Below, piece by piece: positions 27,151 to 40,422 of a stretch of DNA of 64,000 nucleotides. The position numbers and the translations under genes were made by a program. Under the pieces are notes generated by a model, which was not told the DNA's origin, searched no databases, and worked only from the letters and a program-made list of their open reading frames with translations. The DNA comes from Octopus vulgaris. Lineage: Eukaryota. The stretch's first letter is position 1. The number at the start of each line of letters is the position of its first letter. The stretch is taken from NCBI GenBank assembly GCA_951406725.2, contig OX597816.1, positions 141,980,001-142,044,000 on the forward strand, given 5' to 3'.

Positions 27151-27360
27151 TCTTCAAAGGTTTGGGATATTTCCTCCAACCTTTCAAAAGAGTCTGCAAT
27201 ATGAATTACATCATTATCATGTATAACAATTGATTTCAACTCCCCTTTTGGCCACATGTAAAGCATGAGTTAATCATTCATACAGACTCCATTTATTTAT
27301 AGAATCCAGTCTTTGTTCATGTGATAGTCTGATGACCATGATTAGAAATTTCTGTGAACA

Positions 27361-27770
27361 GGCGCAGGAGTGGCTGTGTGGTAAGTAGCTTGCTAACCAA
27401 CCACATGGTTGCAGGTTCAGTCCCACTGCGTGGCATCTTGGGCAAGTGTCTTCTGCTATAGCCCCGGGCCGACCAATGCCTTGTGAGTGGATTTGGTAGA
27501 CGGAAACTGAAAGAAGCCTGTCGTATATATGTATATATATATATATATGTGTGTGTGATTGTGTGTCTGTGTTTGTCCCCTAGCATTGCTTGACAACCGA
27601 TGCTGGTGTATTTACGTCCCCGTCACTTAGCGGTTTGGCAAAAGAGACCGATAGAATAAGTACTGGGCTTACAAAGAATAAGTCCCGGGGTTGATTTGCT
27701 CAACTAAAGGCGGTGCTCCAGCATGGCGGCAGTCAAATGACTGAAACAAGTAAAAGAGAGTAAAAGAGTA
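27361..27770 (+). mobile_element. Full-length tRNA-headed SINE family A (~410 bp)
   Basis: A-box-like TGGCTGTGTGG (27371), B-box-like GGTTCAGTCCC (27414), internal (TA)/(TG) tract, taaaagag tail; about ten copies in the window. Confidence 0.88.
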
Positions 27771-29444
27771 GAGGCTCCAAATACAGCATGTAAAAAACAG
27801 AGGGAATTCTGACCCCGAGTGAATTTGGACCCCAAATGAATTTGGTATTTGGTGAATTATTCTTGCATTAATAGATGTTTGCACAGTTACATGCTCAACC
27901 CAGCATGACTGCTAATAGCTATATTCACACAACTACATGCTCAACCCAGTGCAATAGATGAAGAAACATACCATGACAACACAGCAACAAGAATATGCAT
28001 AGACAGGTAAAATCAGCCTAAATGTGAATTTCTGATGAAGATCTGCACCTGTAATATACATCATTTCATACACAGTTTACTCTTCTTGTATTGCAATGAA
28101 TACTTTCTGTATTAATGTAGCAATAAATTATGTATTTATACTGACAAGTCTTTCATCATAACCACACTGCACATGTTTTCACGATTCCCTGTCCAAAAAT
28201 CTTACGTAATTTCCTCAAGAAATATAACAAAAGAAAAGACTAAGACTAAGCCATTGTGAATACTTATCTATATATTAAGTAACTCTGGCAAATGTAACTG
28301 AAATATCAATGAAAGAAATTATCATTATCAAACCAGCTTTAAGAACAGCTGAATGGGTCTGCAGTATAGATTACTCTGCTAGATATACTTAGGAATTTAA
28401 TGCTTTACCAATTGAACTCAAGCTATATCCCATCAAATTCAAATATTATGTTGCTCTATAGTTTAGAAATAAATATTCTATGAAATCCAATATCTTAATC
28501 CTTTTACCTGATGCCATGACCTACACTCTGAATAAAAGCTCCCATCATTCAACCATCATAATCTAGAACAATCTTCCAGAAGCTAGACAGAAGATTAGAT
28601 ATTTAAATGTCTGCGATGAGACTTTGTTAACAAAAGTATAAATTGCTGGACCATTTACTTCCTCTTTGAAATAGGACATAAGTGTAAATATGAAACTGTA
28701 AATATATTCTTTCAATATGAAATTAATAGTCCATAAAATTATACTTTTAACTGACAGTGAGACAAACACATAAGCAGCTCCATTCACTTACATCTATCTG
28801 ATCAATGGGTCACGGATTAGCACATTTAATTTCTCTTTAAGACCCAATTATTTGAGGAAGGTGTTATTCACAAATGCATGAGATACACAGGTAATCTAAC
28901 TTACTCTAGGGGTACATATTAATAACAGCAGTTGTAAGGTTTGGTCACTTCAATAACTATTCAACTGCACAGCTTGTTAATCTTGCAATTATATTTCTTC
29001 ACACCTTACAAACTATATATCAAAATTATGCCAAATTAGATAATGTCCATCCTTTCCTTAAGGAATCCAACCAAATTTATACATCAATGGCAAGGGGAGA
29101 TTGTCACTATAATATAATGAAATAAATTAATAATAGCCACCTTAAGGAAATCAAGGAATTCTTCTCCTTAAAGGTGCTACTTAAATTCTTGAAATATTAA
29201 TTACTCCACCTTTACCATGATTATAGAAATTGTTCTTGAACAATAGCTAATAATAGTGTGAAGCTATGGAAAATGGAGCAACTTCATCCATTCTTTATTA
29301 AATTTCCTATATATCATGCATATAGTTGAATACAGACAAGCACACAGTTACAAACATTCATACTTGTATACAAACTTCCACATGCAAACACAAATAAACA
29401 CACATGCATATACATATTACATATGATATCATCAGCATCATTAA

Positions 29445-29784
29445 CATCATCGTCATCATCATCATTTAATATCTGTGTTCCATGCTGGCATGAGTTGGAT
29501 GATTTGACAAGATCTGATGTGTTCAAGGTCTACATTGTGCTCTAATGTTTGCTTTAGCATGGTTGGATGCCTCTCTTAATACCAACAATTTTACAGTGTG
29601 GACTAGATGCTTTTTTTTGTCACCTGCACTGCTGAGGTCGCCATGTAACTCACAGAACTAAAAACCCTAGAAGCGGGTCAGCTGCATACTAGCGGATGAG
29701 GGGACTAAACTATGAGAAGGTAGGGCAGAAGTGCAAGTTCTTGTAGAGGATCTGCATGGTTACTTACATATATTATTTATTTAT

Positions 29785-29825
<41 letters not shown>

Positions 29826-30211
29826 CATATACATATATATATATGCATATGTATTTATATACACACACATGCATAGATGCATATGTGTTATATATGCATG
29901 GTTGAGTTTCTGTGTGTGTGTGTTCATGTGTATTATATGAGTGAGTGGACAAATGAGTGAAAGTTACCCATTTTTGTTGGAGTTATATGTACTTAATTAA
30001 TAACAGTTTGACTCAGCTCCACATTCCTTGATACTTTGTGTAACATAGCACTCCCTCACCCATCATCATCATCATCATCATCATCGTTTAACGTCCGCTT
30101 TCCATGCTAGCATGAGTTGGACGGCTCAACTGGGGTCTGGGAAGCCCGAAGGCTGCACCAGGCCAGTCATATCTGTCGGTGTTTCTACAGCTGGATGCCC
30201 TTCCTAACGCC
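29445..30211 (-). mobile_element. Two RTE-tail fragments (29445-29760 old; 30061-30211 young)
   Basis: (CAT)n-cgtttaacgtccgctttccatgctagcatg...ctacagctggatgcccttcctaacgcc. Confidence 0.8.
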
Positions 30212-30239
30212 ATATATATATATATATATATATATATGA

Positions 30240-31140
30240 CAAGAAATAATTTTTCCTCTTTCTATGGAGGCAAACTTAATTTAGAGTTAATATAAACAAG
30301 TGTAAGTTATCTATAAGGGAAACTCTTGCCATCCTGACGTCCTTTGGGCCTAAAACATTAAATAAATTTACAGAGGGGATCCGTTTTTGCAACCATAAGT
30401 TTTCTTGTACTTTTCTGAAAGTATATAGAAGTAAAATCAGATGTGGTAAATAATATTTAGTTTTACTGGGTTTTGAAACTGTATAGTATAAGTTCCTATT
30501 ATTAGCAGCCACTTTCATGTTTAGCAATGAAATAAATTTTTTTTTGTTAGAATTTTTTTTTTGTGTGTGTGGGCTAGAAAATTTGGACTGGCCCTGCGAT
30601 AGATTATTATCTTTAGATTAGGTAGGCATCTATTTTGTAACTCCTATAAATGAGTAATTTGTTGAGATTCCTGTTCATCCTGATGAGGGGATCATTGCGA
30701 AGATGCACCTTAACTCGTAATCAAACCGTGGCAGTGAACTCCTGAAATGGCCATAGATATGTTTGACTTGATTTTGTGGAACTTACTTACGCTCCTGGAC
30801 TCCAACCTACCATGATTTTTATGAAATGAATTTTTTTGATGTATTTTTTATGAGGGGAGTAAGAAAATTTTTTTAGTCAATTGATATTTTATTTTATTAA
30901 GATTTTTAGTCGCATGAAACGCTTTAGTATTTTTAGTCGATTGTATATACCTACTTGATAGGCCGTTCTATATATCTGTATTTTTATTTGCATATGATTT
31001 TTACCTTTTGTGTTTTTTTTTAATATATGTATTCTTAATATGTTAAAGGCCGTGGTAATATTTATATATGATCAAATGTTTGGAGGTGTGATGTTATATA
31101 TAAAGTCGTTGACTCGAATTTGATGTTTGTTCTCTGATCA
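30240..31140 (+). mobile_element. PLE 3' relic (GIY-YIG C-terminus plus pLTR)
   Basis: Translation NINKCKLSIRETLAILTSFGPKTLNKFTEGIRFCNHK (30285-30400) matches the PLE endonuclease tail pattern CxLCxxE..I..LN..E..CxH; hammerhead motif downstream. Confidence 0.7.
30677..30758 (+). ncRNA. Hammerhead ribozyme motif
   Basis: ATC-CTGATGA-[ggggatcattgc...gcagtgaactcct]-GAAA-TGGCCA-TA-GAT; stem III ATGGCCAT is palindromic. Confidence 0.7.
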
Positions 31141-33619
31141 ATGTTTTTATATATGAATATATATATATAATAAAAGAAGGAAATGCACACAGTTTACATA
31201 GTTTTAATATATTTTAAATGAAAGAGCATTGTGGTTGTCAACCGGTTTCACTTTCACTAATTATGACATTGAAATTATTGTAATTTTGTATTTTCTTAAG
31301 AAGATTTTAGTCCATGTCCTTGTATGAAAGTTTGTGAATGAACCAACAAGTAGAAAAATCTAAGGGGAGGTAAATGGTGATAGTTATCATTTGGGACAGG
31401 GGAGGTAATTGCACATGTTTGGTGTGGGATAAACACAAACACTCATAAGCTAAAGTAGTAAGATGAAATATATACAGTGATGAATATGTGATCATGAATT
31501 AAAATATATACTGAGACCAAAGTTGGTTATGCATTCATATTCTCTTCCTCCCTTTTCTTACTAAATCTATAACACATTAAAAGCCAGTTTCAATCTTGCT
31601 TGCTTGCTTGCCTGCTTGTACTATTTGTTACTCAGTGAAACTGGCACATAATGGGAAAATACCATGAATTAAGTTTACCCTGAAATGTTAATACAAATCG
31701 AATGAATCAAGTTTCGTGTAAATCGGTAAAGTAGTTTTCAAGATATTAGAGATTTTCAGGGTATAAACACCTAACATGGTGCATAAATGGGAAAATGTTC
31801 TGAAAATAATCTTCACCCTGAAAGGGAAGAAACTTGTATCTTTCTGTTAGATAGTGAGTTGACAATGAAAAAAAAAACGATTTTTTTACAATTTCTATTT
31901 TCGTTTTTGTTAAACATCATATTTTAATCATTTACAAATATTTATAAATGAATGTGATTTCAAAAGTGTAAGCTGTTTGTACAGTAAGTACGTATATTTT
32001 AGCTTTCTTTTAAACAGACAATATTTTAATGTTTTTTAAAATTATTTTCAAGTGAATACCATTACAAAAATTTTTTTGACATATTTAAAAAATATTCTAA
32101 AGTGAAAATCACTTTAAAAATGCTATAGATATCTCTAAAAGACCTGATGGTAACCTCAGTGTGAAATAGATTTTTTCGAGTGCATTCAACTTATTTCCCC
32201 TCCAAAGATTTGGCTGCTATTTATAGCAAGCCCTGCTACTACTTAACAGCTATTTGCGATAAAGAACCTGAAACACCTGTTACGTGGTTGCAGGGCATGC
32301 AAGAAATAGCAGTCAAGTCTTTCCAACCCATGAAACAAAACTCTGTTGCTGGGAAACACAGAGTTTCCTAGTGACCCAATGGGTTACTGGTAATCTAGTA
32401 TATATATGTGTGTGTGCATGTGTGAGTGTGCATATGCATGTGTGTGTATGTGCATGTGTGTGAGAAAGTAAAATATCACACACACACACACACATATGCA
32501 CACATACATCTTTGGGGTTTCTGTATATCTCATGAGGTTTTTGCATCAAGGAAGATCCTCTCTAAGGTACAGTCATGGGAAGACTAATTTTATGAAAAAC
32601 CCATGAAAAAAAGAGATTTTCCAGTGCTCTGCAACACAAGGATCAAAAGCTTGAGGTGCTCTGGTTTGAAAAATAGAGTGTCAGCATGTTGCCAAAGACA
32701 AGTGTGTTTAAAATGATATTGGCACACACTCTCAATAACGTTACTATGAGAGAGGTTGCTGAATTTAGAGAATGTGTGGGAGACCCAAAAGAGGAACTTG
32801 CTGAAGAAGTTGACAGATGTATAATTGAAGGGGCAGTTTATAATATGAATTCAATGGAAACAGTAGGATCATCAGAGATAGTCACAGAGATGTTAAAAGT
32901 ATCCTGCAAAGTAGGGCTCGAACTAGTTGCTCATGTAATCAACTATTCTCCATGCTAGTGAGCTTGTCCAAAGATAAGGCATTGACCAAGACAGCTGGAC
33001 ATTGGCATCATCAAAGGTAGTACAGTCAGAACGTAAAGACCAAGAATAGATACTGCAGGGTATCCTGTTTGACATTCTAACACATGCTCTTCCACTGCTC
33101 TAGCCTGGCACTTTATTTATCATCCCAAAGTTGACCTCTGCAGAATTTTAACTTAGAGAGTAGAGAACTACCAAGAAGCATTTATTCATTTACACATAAA
33201 CATGCTCATATACACATAGATACATAAAATCATACATTCATCAAACAAACTGGCACTCCATTGGTTGTAATAACAAGATTTCTAGTGAACAAAACAGTCT
33301 TGTCATGAAATTAAAATGCAAGAGGCTGAGCACTCTACAGACACACATACCCTTAATATAGTTCTCAGAGGGATTCAGTATGATACTGAAAAGGGCTTAT
33401 AATGTGGGTAATATCTTTGAAATATAAGTACATTTTGCCAGCTAAGTGGACTGGAGCTAGGAATTGAACTTCTGACCTTATGATTGTGAACCAAAATACT
33501 CTAACCACTAAGCCACGTGCCATTAAGCCACATGTCACTAATCTACATATATATGTATATACGTGCCACTAAGTCACATACATATGTATATACATATAAT
33601 ACTTTCAAGCTGTAGTTAT

Positions 33620-35440
33620 AGAAGAAACTGTGACGACAAAACACATTTTTCTTGGCATTATGAACTGAATAAGGATTTATTTAACAGTTATAAAAGAGCA
33701 AAACAAAATCCTGCTTTTGGATATATGAATAGATTAACAGCATATTCAGATGATGTGCACCCAGAACAAAATTATTTCACTGCAAAGCAATTACGCCACC
33801 AAGTACATTTGTGGAACATTAGAAGAAAGTTAGATGCAGTAAGAAGCTTGCTTCCCAACCACATGGTTCCAGGTTCAGTCCCACTGTGTGGAACCTTGGG
33901 TAAGTGTCTTCTACTATAGCCTCGGGATGACCAAAGCCTTGTGAGTGGATTTGGTAGACAGAAACTGAAAGAAGCGGATCGTGTATTCATATACTTTGAT
34001 ACTTTGATAGGTTTCGGCCATTATTGGCCCAGGCCATGTCTAACTTAATAGCACCACATATATATGTATGTATTTGTGTATCTGTGTTTGTCCCCCCACC
34101 ATCGCTTGACAACCAATGTTGGTGTGCTTATGTCTCTGTAACTTAGTGGTTTGGCAAAAGGGACCAATAAAATAAGTACCAAGTTTGCATAAAATAAGAC
34201 CTGCGGTTGATTTATTTGACTAAAGGTGGTGCTCCAGCATAACCGCACTCAAACGACTGAAACAAGTAAAATAATAAAAGAATAAATGTAACTTTATATT
34301 AAAAAAAGCTCTAAAATTACAACATAGTAGAAAGTTATTTATTTCTGTTCTCTTTTTTCTCATTGCACTGCAGTGTTATCAGCTTTGTTGTATTTTTATT
34401 GTATGGTAATTGTTCTTAATTTCTAAATGAATTCTCTGTAAATTACACTTTGAAAATAGCAAAGATATAAAAATAAATTCACTTCTTTATGCCATGTAGT
34501 TTCACATTTAGCAACATTCCAACAGATACCATACAGCCTGCCAGCCAAACTTCATTACAGGTTAAAGCAACTGACCATTCATTGTTCCTCTACTACAACT
34601 AAGATAAATAGCAGGCACAACCACAACAGTCATTCTAGTAGTCAGGGTTATATATTGGTAAAACATGCCCTTAATAAAATTTTTCAAGAAACAATAACCA
34701 TGGCTTTGAAGTACTCTTTGCAAGAGAAAATATTCTCTACCAAAGTAAGCAAAAGACCAACAGACACAATATTAAATGCTATTAATAAAATCGGAGCGGA
34801 GTATTTACAGCAGTGTAATGAATTCCCATTCTGGCAGATTAGCACCTGTCTGTATACTCTGTCTACTACTGCAAAGTAGTACATGAATGACACTCAAAAA
34901 GCCATCATAGGCCTTAAAGACAGAGAAAAAGATATATGATTTACTGAAGACCATCTGCCATGTGACAAAAAATTGGAAATAGTAAAAAAGAAAACACCTA
35001 TGCTGAACTATTGAGAAATTTGCAGTTACTCTATTTGGATTACAAGTTCAGATTTATACCCGTTATTATTGAGGCACTGACATATGTAACTAACTGCCTA
35101 AGCAACAATCTTGAGAAACTAGGTTTCTCAAAATCAGAAAAGAGAAAGCTAATTAGATTGTTACAGATTCAAGTCATCAACAGAATTGTAAAAATTTGTA
35201 AAACTTCCCAGAAATTAAGCATTTGAGTATACATGTGCATGTTTAGACATGCAGCTATATTCATAAAAATACATACATAAAACAAAATGTACAACTCTAC
35301 ACATACAGTAACTCTAAACATTGCACACATACATACAAATGTGCAAAAACACTCTCTTGATACTGTTGAGATTCCAATGAAAGAGTCTCAGGTCTAAGTT
35401 AGAAATGACTCTTCCTCTATTGACAAAGAATCTTGAAATG
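33620..35440 (+). mobile_element. Internally deleted R4/Dong-like RLE non-LTR relic, interrupted by a SINE A (33835-34285)
   Basis: N-terminal W..ELNKDLFNSYKRAK..P..GYMNRL..HPE..TAKQLR; C-terminal TYAELLRNLQLLY..FRFIPVIIEAL..L..NLEKLG; no RT seen. Confidence 0.65.
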
Positions 35441-35502
35441 TAAGTGAATATTGATGTACATATACACATGTACACACATGCATATGGGCAGACAGACAGA
35501 CA

Positions 35503-35725
35503 CGCTGGCAGAAACGTTAGCACGTCAGGCGAAATGCGTAGCCATATTTCGTCTGCCATTACGTTCTGCGTTCAAATTCCGCCGAGGTCGACTTTGCCTT
35601 TCATCCTTTCGGGGTCAATAAATTAAGTACCAGTTATGCACTGGGATCGATGTAATCAACTTAATCTGTTTGTTTGTCCTTGTTTGCCCCCTCTGTATTT
35701 AGCCCCTTGTGGGTAGTAAATAAAT
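35503..35725 (+). mobile_element. SINE family B copy
   Basis: Highly similar to 24380-24603. Confidence 0.85.
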
Positions 35726-35809
35726 ATATATACATAGATACATACATACTTGCATATATACATGTGTATACATATATATAAATATATATTGTCAGTAAAT
35801 CATAAATCA

Positions 35810-36462
35810 GAAGGAGAAGTACACTCTAATTTATAGAACAGTAGAGTATTTAGATAATGATAGTTATAGCCAGTTCATAGGGTTGCCCAGAGTTTTGTGC
35901 CCATAAAGCACTTAGCTTTACATGTGTCTTGTCAGACCCTAATAGCCAGTGGCCTATAGCTTCTCTTTGAAGCGGAGAAAAGAAAAGCCACATGGCTAGT
36001 TTTTGAACCCACAAAGAAGAAAGGTCAAGTCCAAGGGATTGTCTGCCTTAGACTGCTATCCGGAATCCACCCAGTCAGCTTGCAGGCCCCACAATTTCAG
36101 CAGGAATTGCCTGAAGTGTAAGTGGGATCTGAAGACTTCTGTCCTGGAATTTAAGATGTTCCCTAGATTTAGGGAGTTCTTAAATATTCTCACCCATTCC
36201 AATATGCACAGCTTGCTACATTTGCTCCTGTTGACATAGGAAAATGGCTTTTTTAGGATCTTCCATATGAGTCCATGTGGAGTCCCTTCATCCTTCAGGC
36301 AGCACACATGGCTAGCCAAGGACATGACAAATGTCTCTCCAGGATCCTAAATGAGGATTTATGGTTGGAGAGGTACTACTTAGTGATAGTGTCTCTGTTG
36401 GTATTGCTATACCATCATCATTGATGGAGCTGCTACTGGTTCTATAGTGGTGGTTGATGTTG

Positions 36463-36497
<35 letters not shown>

Positions 36498-36870
36498 GTT
36501 GTTGTGTTGTTGTTATTATTATTATTATTATTAGCATTATCATTTGTGATGGCACTGTTGCTATTTCTGTTAAAATTGCTGTCATGGTTATTATTATTGC
36601 CTTTCCTGCTGCTACCATAGCTGCTGGAAAAGCTACTGCTGCTATTAGGGTCAGATACCACTTCAGCCTTATATACAACCCCCTTGGTTTTTCATTGGCC
36701 TTCCACTGGATATCTGTTATAGTCCCTACATGAGCATCCTACTTCTGCTAGTAGCTTAAAAGTTATAGGCCACCAGCTTTATGAATGTGAAACCCTGGTA
36801 ACCCTATGAACTGGCCATAGCTATCTTTATTTAAATATGAATATTTTTGGTGGTTGTCTACTCCTTATGC
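35810..36870 (-). mobile_element. PLE relic with inverted termini
   Basis: ORF 36056-36325(-) SLASHVCCLKDEGTPHGLIWKILKK..Y..SKCSKLCILE..I..LNSRTEV..H..FLL is a GIY-YIG tail; 35865-35962 is inverted relative to 36640-36822. Confidence 0.75.
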
Positions 36871-36895
36871 AAAGTTTGACCACCTCCTGTACCTT

Positions 36896-37200
36896 CATGG
36901 CATCTGATGTGGTTTTTTAAACCAATGTTTTGAAAGGACACCAGCATAGATTGCATATCCAATTTGGACCACTAATAGCTGCAGATAAGTTTTGATCTTT
37001 GTAGATCTTAAAATGTCTTTTGAGGCCTCTGTTAGATTTGTAAACCTTCTGGCATACATTGCATTGAAAGGTGCACACAGACATATAGACAGAATAGTTG
37101 GTGGAGGTTCGTTTTCCATGGGTTCACAAATGAGATTTGAGCCCAGCAAAAGAAGAGCATGGTCTGTCACAAACTGTGCACACAAAAAGGTCATTGTGAT
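36896..37200 (-). pseudogene. Three degenerate C2H2 zinc fingers, probably the C-terminus of a LINE ORF
   Basis: Unlisted frame: FVCTVCDRPCSSFAGLKSHL*TH, FQCNVCQKVYKSNRGLKRHFKIY, ICNLCWCPFKTL/GLKNHIRCH. Confidence 0.65.
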
Positions 37201-37277
37201 TCACCTTCTCGATCATAACATTCTTCCTTATATATATATAGACAATGTTATTTTATTCCACACAAGTAGAAATATAG

Positions 37278-37612
37278 AGAAAAGAAGTTGAAAACGCACA
37301 GGAATTCATTCAGATTTTTTATTAAAAACTTTTTAAAGACTGAACCAGTTTCACAGATTTCTCTGATATTCGAAAGTTGAGGTAGAAAGGCATGGAGTTA
37401 TGCTGCAACTGCCTCGCTTCTGATTGGTATTCAAAAATTATCTCGTGCTACTCTATGAAAACTAGACAATTTCTGAATTCCAAGACAGTTGCAGCATAGC
37501 TCCACACCTTTCTATCTCAACTTGCAAATCAGAGAAATCTGTGAAACCAGTTAAGTCTTTAAAAATGTTTCAATAAAAAACGAACCCAAGTGCATTTTCA
37601 ACTTCTTTTATA
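37278..37612. repeat. Diverged foldback (~130-bp arms, ~75-bp spacer), likely head-to-head PLE termini
   Basis: aaaagaagttgaaaacgcac..tttcacagatttctctgat..gagttatgctgcaactg versus cagttgcagcatagctc..atcagagaaatctgtgaaa..gtgcattttcaacttctttt. Confidence 0.8.
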
Positions 37613-40390
37613 TATATATATAATCCATATATCCTCCCCCTGTGTCCAGGGATTGTCTGGCCAAGATTCTCCAGTTCCCTTAGTCTACTACTGTATGCAT
37701 ACAGTTGTAACAAGTAGTCATGCTGGATATGTAGTTTTTTCTCCTGACATTCTGCATTTCCTTCTCTGCACTTCACATGGAATTCCCTTTGTATTTTCTT
37801 ACAAGAAAAGAAACAAATCACTTAAAAGGCTGCAGTAGATATACGAGTTTATTCCAGTACAGAATATGATTCAAACATCCCAGTAGGATTTTACAAAGGT
37901 TACAAGAAATGTAATAACAGATGTGTTTCCAAACATGTCGTGTCATTCTCCTAGTATTTAGCAATAGGGTTTTCTTCATGTAGAATAAAAAGGGGAACTT
38001 GTAGAAATAGCCCTTAAAGATAATCATCCATTTGAGATGGACTAATTGTTCTAATGGAGATCATGTTGAAGGTGCACATGTGGCATAAATGCTGAGAGAA
38101 TCACACACTCACCTGTGCTTGCTGAATGTCAATCACCAGCTGAATTCTTTTGGCATGCAACCAAAGCTAACAGCTGAAAGGACACCACCTATAGGGATAG
38201 CCTATAAACACTTAGCTGCCAAGGGTGAGCAACAACTATTGCTAAACGATCTGTGCTACACACTTAAAGAATAAATAATAAAGCCAAAACAACATTTTAA
38301 GAATGAAAAAAATTCTTCACTTCAAAAGACATAACACTGCATTTAAAACTGGGCTAGTAATCTGTTGTATTATGCCAATTATCTACAGAAGCTTGGACAA
38401 TGTACATAGCTACAGTGTAAAAGATAGAAGCATATGAGATGTAGATCTTTTGCAGATTGAGCAGGTTAAGCTGCAAAAACAAGTTAATAAATTTTGAAGT
38501 ACTAGAAAAGTTGAAAGTTCAAAGACACCTACTGTCAAGAATTAAATCCACAAAACTATAATATTTTAGACATACAATGTGCCCTGAGTCACTGCCAAAG
38601 ACCATCCTGACAGGAAGTGTTGAGGGGAAGACAGCAAATGGCTGTCAAAAACATTTATGAACTGACAACATACATATATACATGCATACATAAAAAATAA
38701 CATTCAAGTAAACAAACAAAATATTCTTTGAGGTTTAATGCCTGTTTGTCCCTTTATTTCATGAAATATAATCCTTGAATTAGTTCTGGCTTTTCAAAGT
38801 TTCAAATTTGTAATATTTTTAAAATAATAAATTTGAAAGCTTTTAAATCCAATTTGCATGATTTATACAATGACTGAAAAAAAAAAAGAAACATTGTTGA
38901 AAGGGATTTATTTTCACAGAATTGTTCACAATAGGATTCAGCTCAAATAAAATCATGAATAAATTTCAAATAAAAATATTTCTCTCTTCATTGAAACATT
39001 AACACTAGAGGGAAATATTTCTCTCTTTCATTATCAAAGACTATATTATTGTAAAGTATTTTGTTTTCAATTTTATGAATTTTATACTGCAATTATTTAA
39101 GAGAATTTTTTCTAGAATTTAATGTCATTGAAATAATTTCATAAACCCTTAAACAAAATTATATACTTTGAAAATCTCATGTACCATTCTCCGAAAAGTT
39201 ATTGCAACAGGCTCCATCCTAATTCTATATTAAAATAAAACAGTTTATTTTCAAAAAGTTGCACATTGGATGAAACTTGTTTAGTTTCATTAACTGTTAT
39301 GAGTATAATTTTTTGAAATGCTATTCTCAAACCATATATGGAAATGAAAGTATGATTATAAATGGATTTTTTTCTTTTCTTTGTTGTAATTTATTAAAAA
39401 ACTACCTTCTATAAAGTTGTTCTGTATGATGTCAGCATGAACTCTCAACTTGTTCTTTGTGGCATGCAACCAGTAATGGCAAAAACTACAAACAAAATGA
39501 AGAAGCAGGAGATAACAATACAGACAACTATTAAAAATACTCACAAAAGGAAGATTGTGCAACAATCATTTATTAACAAAACATAAATGTAATTAGAAGG
39601 ACGCAAAGAGTATTGATTGACATGACAATTCTAAGAGTAAATTTCTAACCAGTTGAAAATACAACCTGAAATAAAAAAACATTGAATTATTCAGAGAAAG
39701 CTAGGTTCTTGCAATTTATGAAGAATTATTACAGCTTCAAATAATGTATCTCTGACTTTTTCCTGAGTTAATAATAATGATAAAATGTTTTAGATTTAAA
39801 ATGCACTAGAAGCAAGATAAACTGAAAGACGAAATATAAATAAGAGTTTGTTCATAATTAACAATCACATGAAATCAATTTAGGAAATGATAAGTGTTGA
39901 AATGAGAATCACAAATAACGACACATACACACATACATGCACACACGCTTACATACAGACAGACATATTTATTATAAATACACATACACACTCATGCACA
40001 CACACACATACATATATGTTATATAAATACATGCACACACACATACATATATATTATATAAACACATACACACACTCAGACACACACACTGAAGATCTAA
40101 ACATTTTCAGTGTCAGGTTTCTGACAAAATTAATTTGAAGGAAGCCTCATATACAAAAGACAAAAGCAATTTTACTCTTCAGGTAATACAGTAGAATACA
40201 GAAAATGTGTTCTCAATATTTCTGCTGATTTGGAGTTGTTACATATGTCTGAGTGTGATTCACAAGATCAGCACATTAATCAAGCTCTTCCTATCTTGCA
40301 GTTGTCTCCACCTGCTTCTAGCCTCCTCCTCCTTCTTCTCTTCATCATCACTGGTGTCACCACTGCTGATATCACTGCCACTACCACTGC

Positions 40391-40422
<32 letters not shown>

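Noticed and set aside
27361-27435. tRNA-like sequence with A/B boxes (also 22075 and 24376)
   Set aside because: These are heads of multi-copy SINEs continuing into shared bodies; no convincing cloverleaf
28032-28560. CTGATGA at 28032 and a faint GIY-YIG-like peptide near 28290-28350
   Set aside because: No matching GAAA/stem III/stem I found and the peptide similarity is too weak to call
31566-32150. Second Helitron/Helentron-like start (TCTATAACACATTAAAA followed by (GCTT)n)
   Set aside because: No matching 3' hairpin-CTAG end or empty-site evidence found
40111-40182. 72-nt AG...GT-bounded open frame (CQVSDKINLKEASYTKDKSNFTLQ)
   Set aside because: Weak pyrimidine tract, no recognisable homology, and expected by chance at this length
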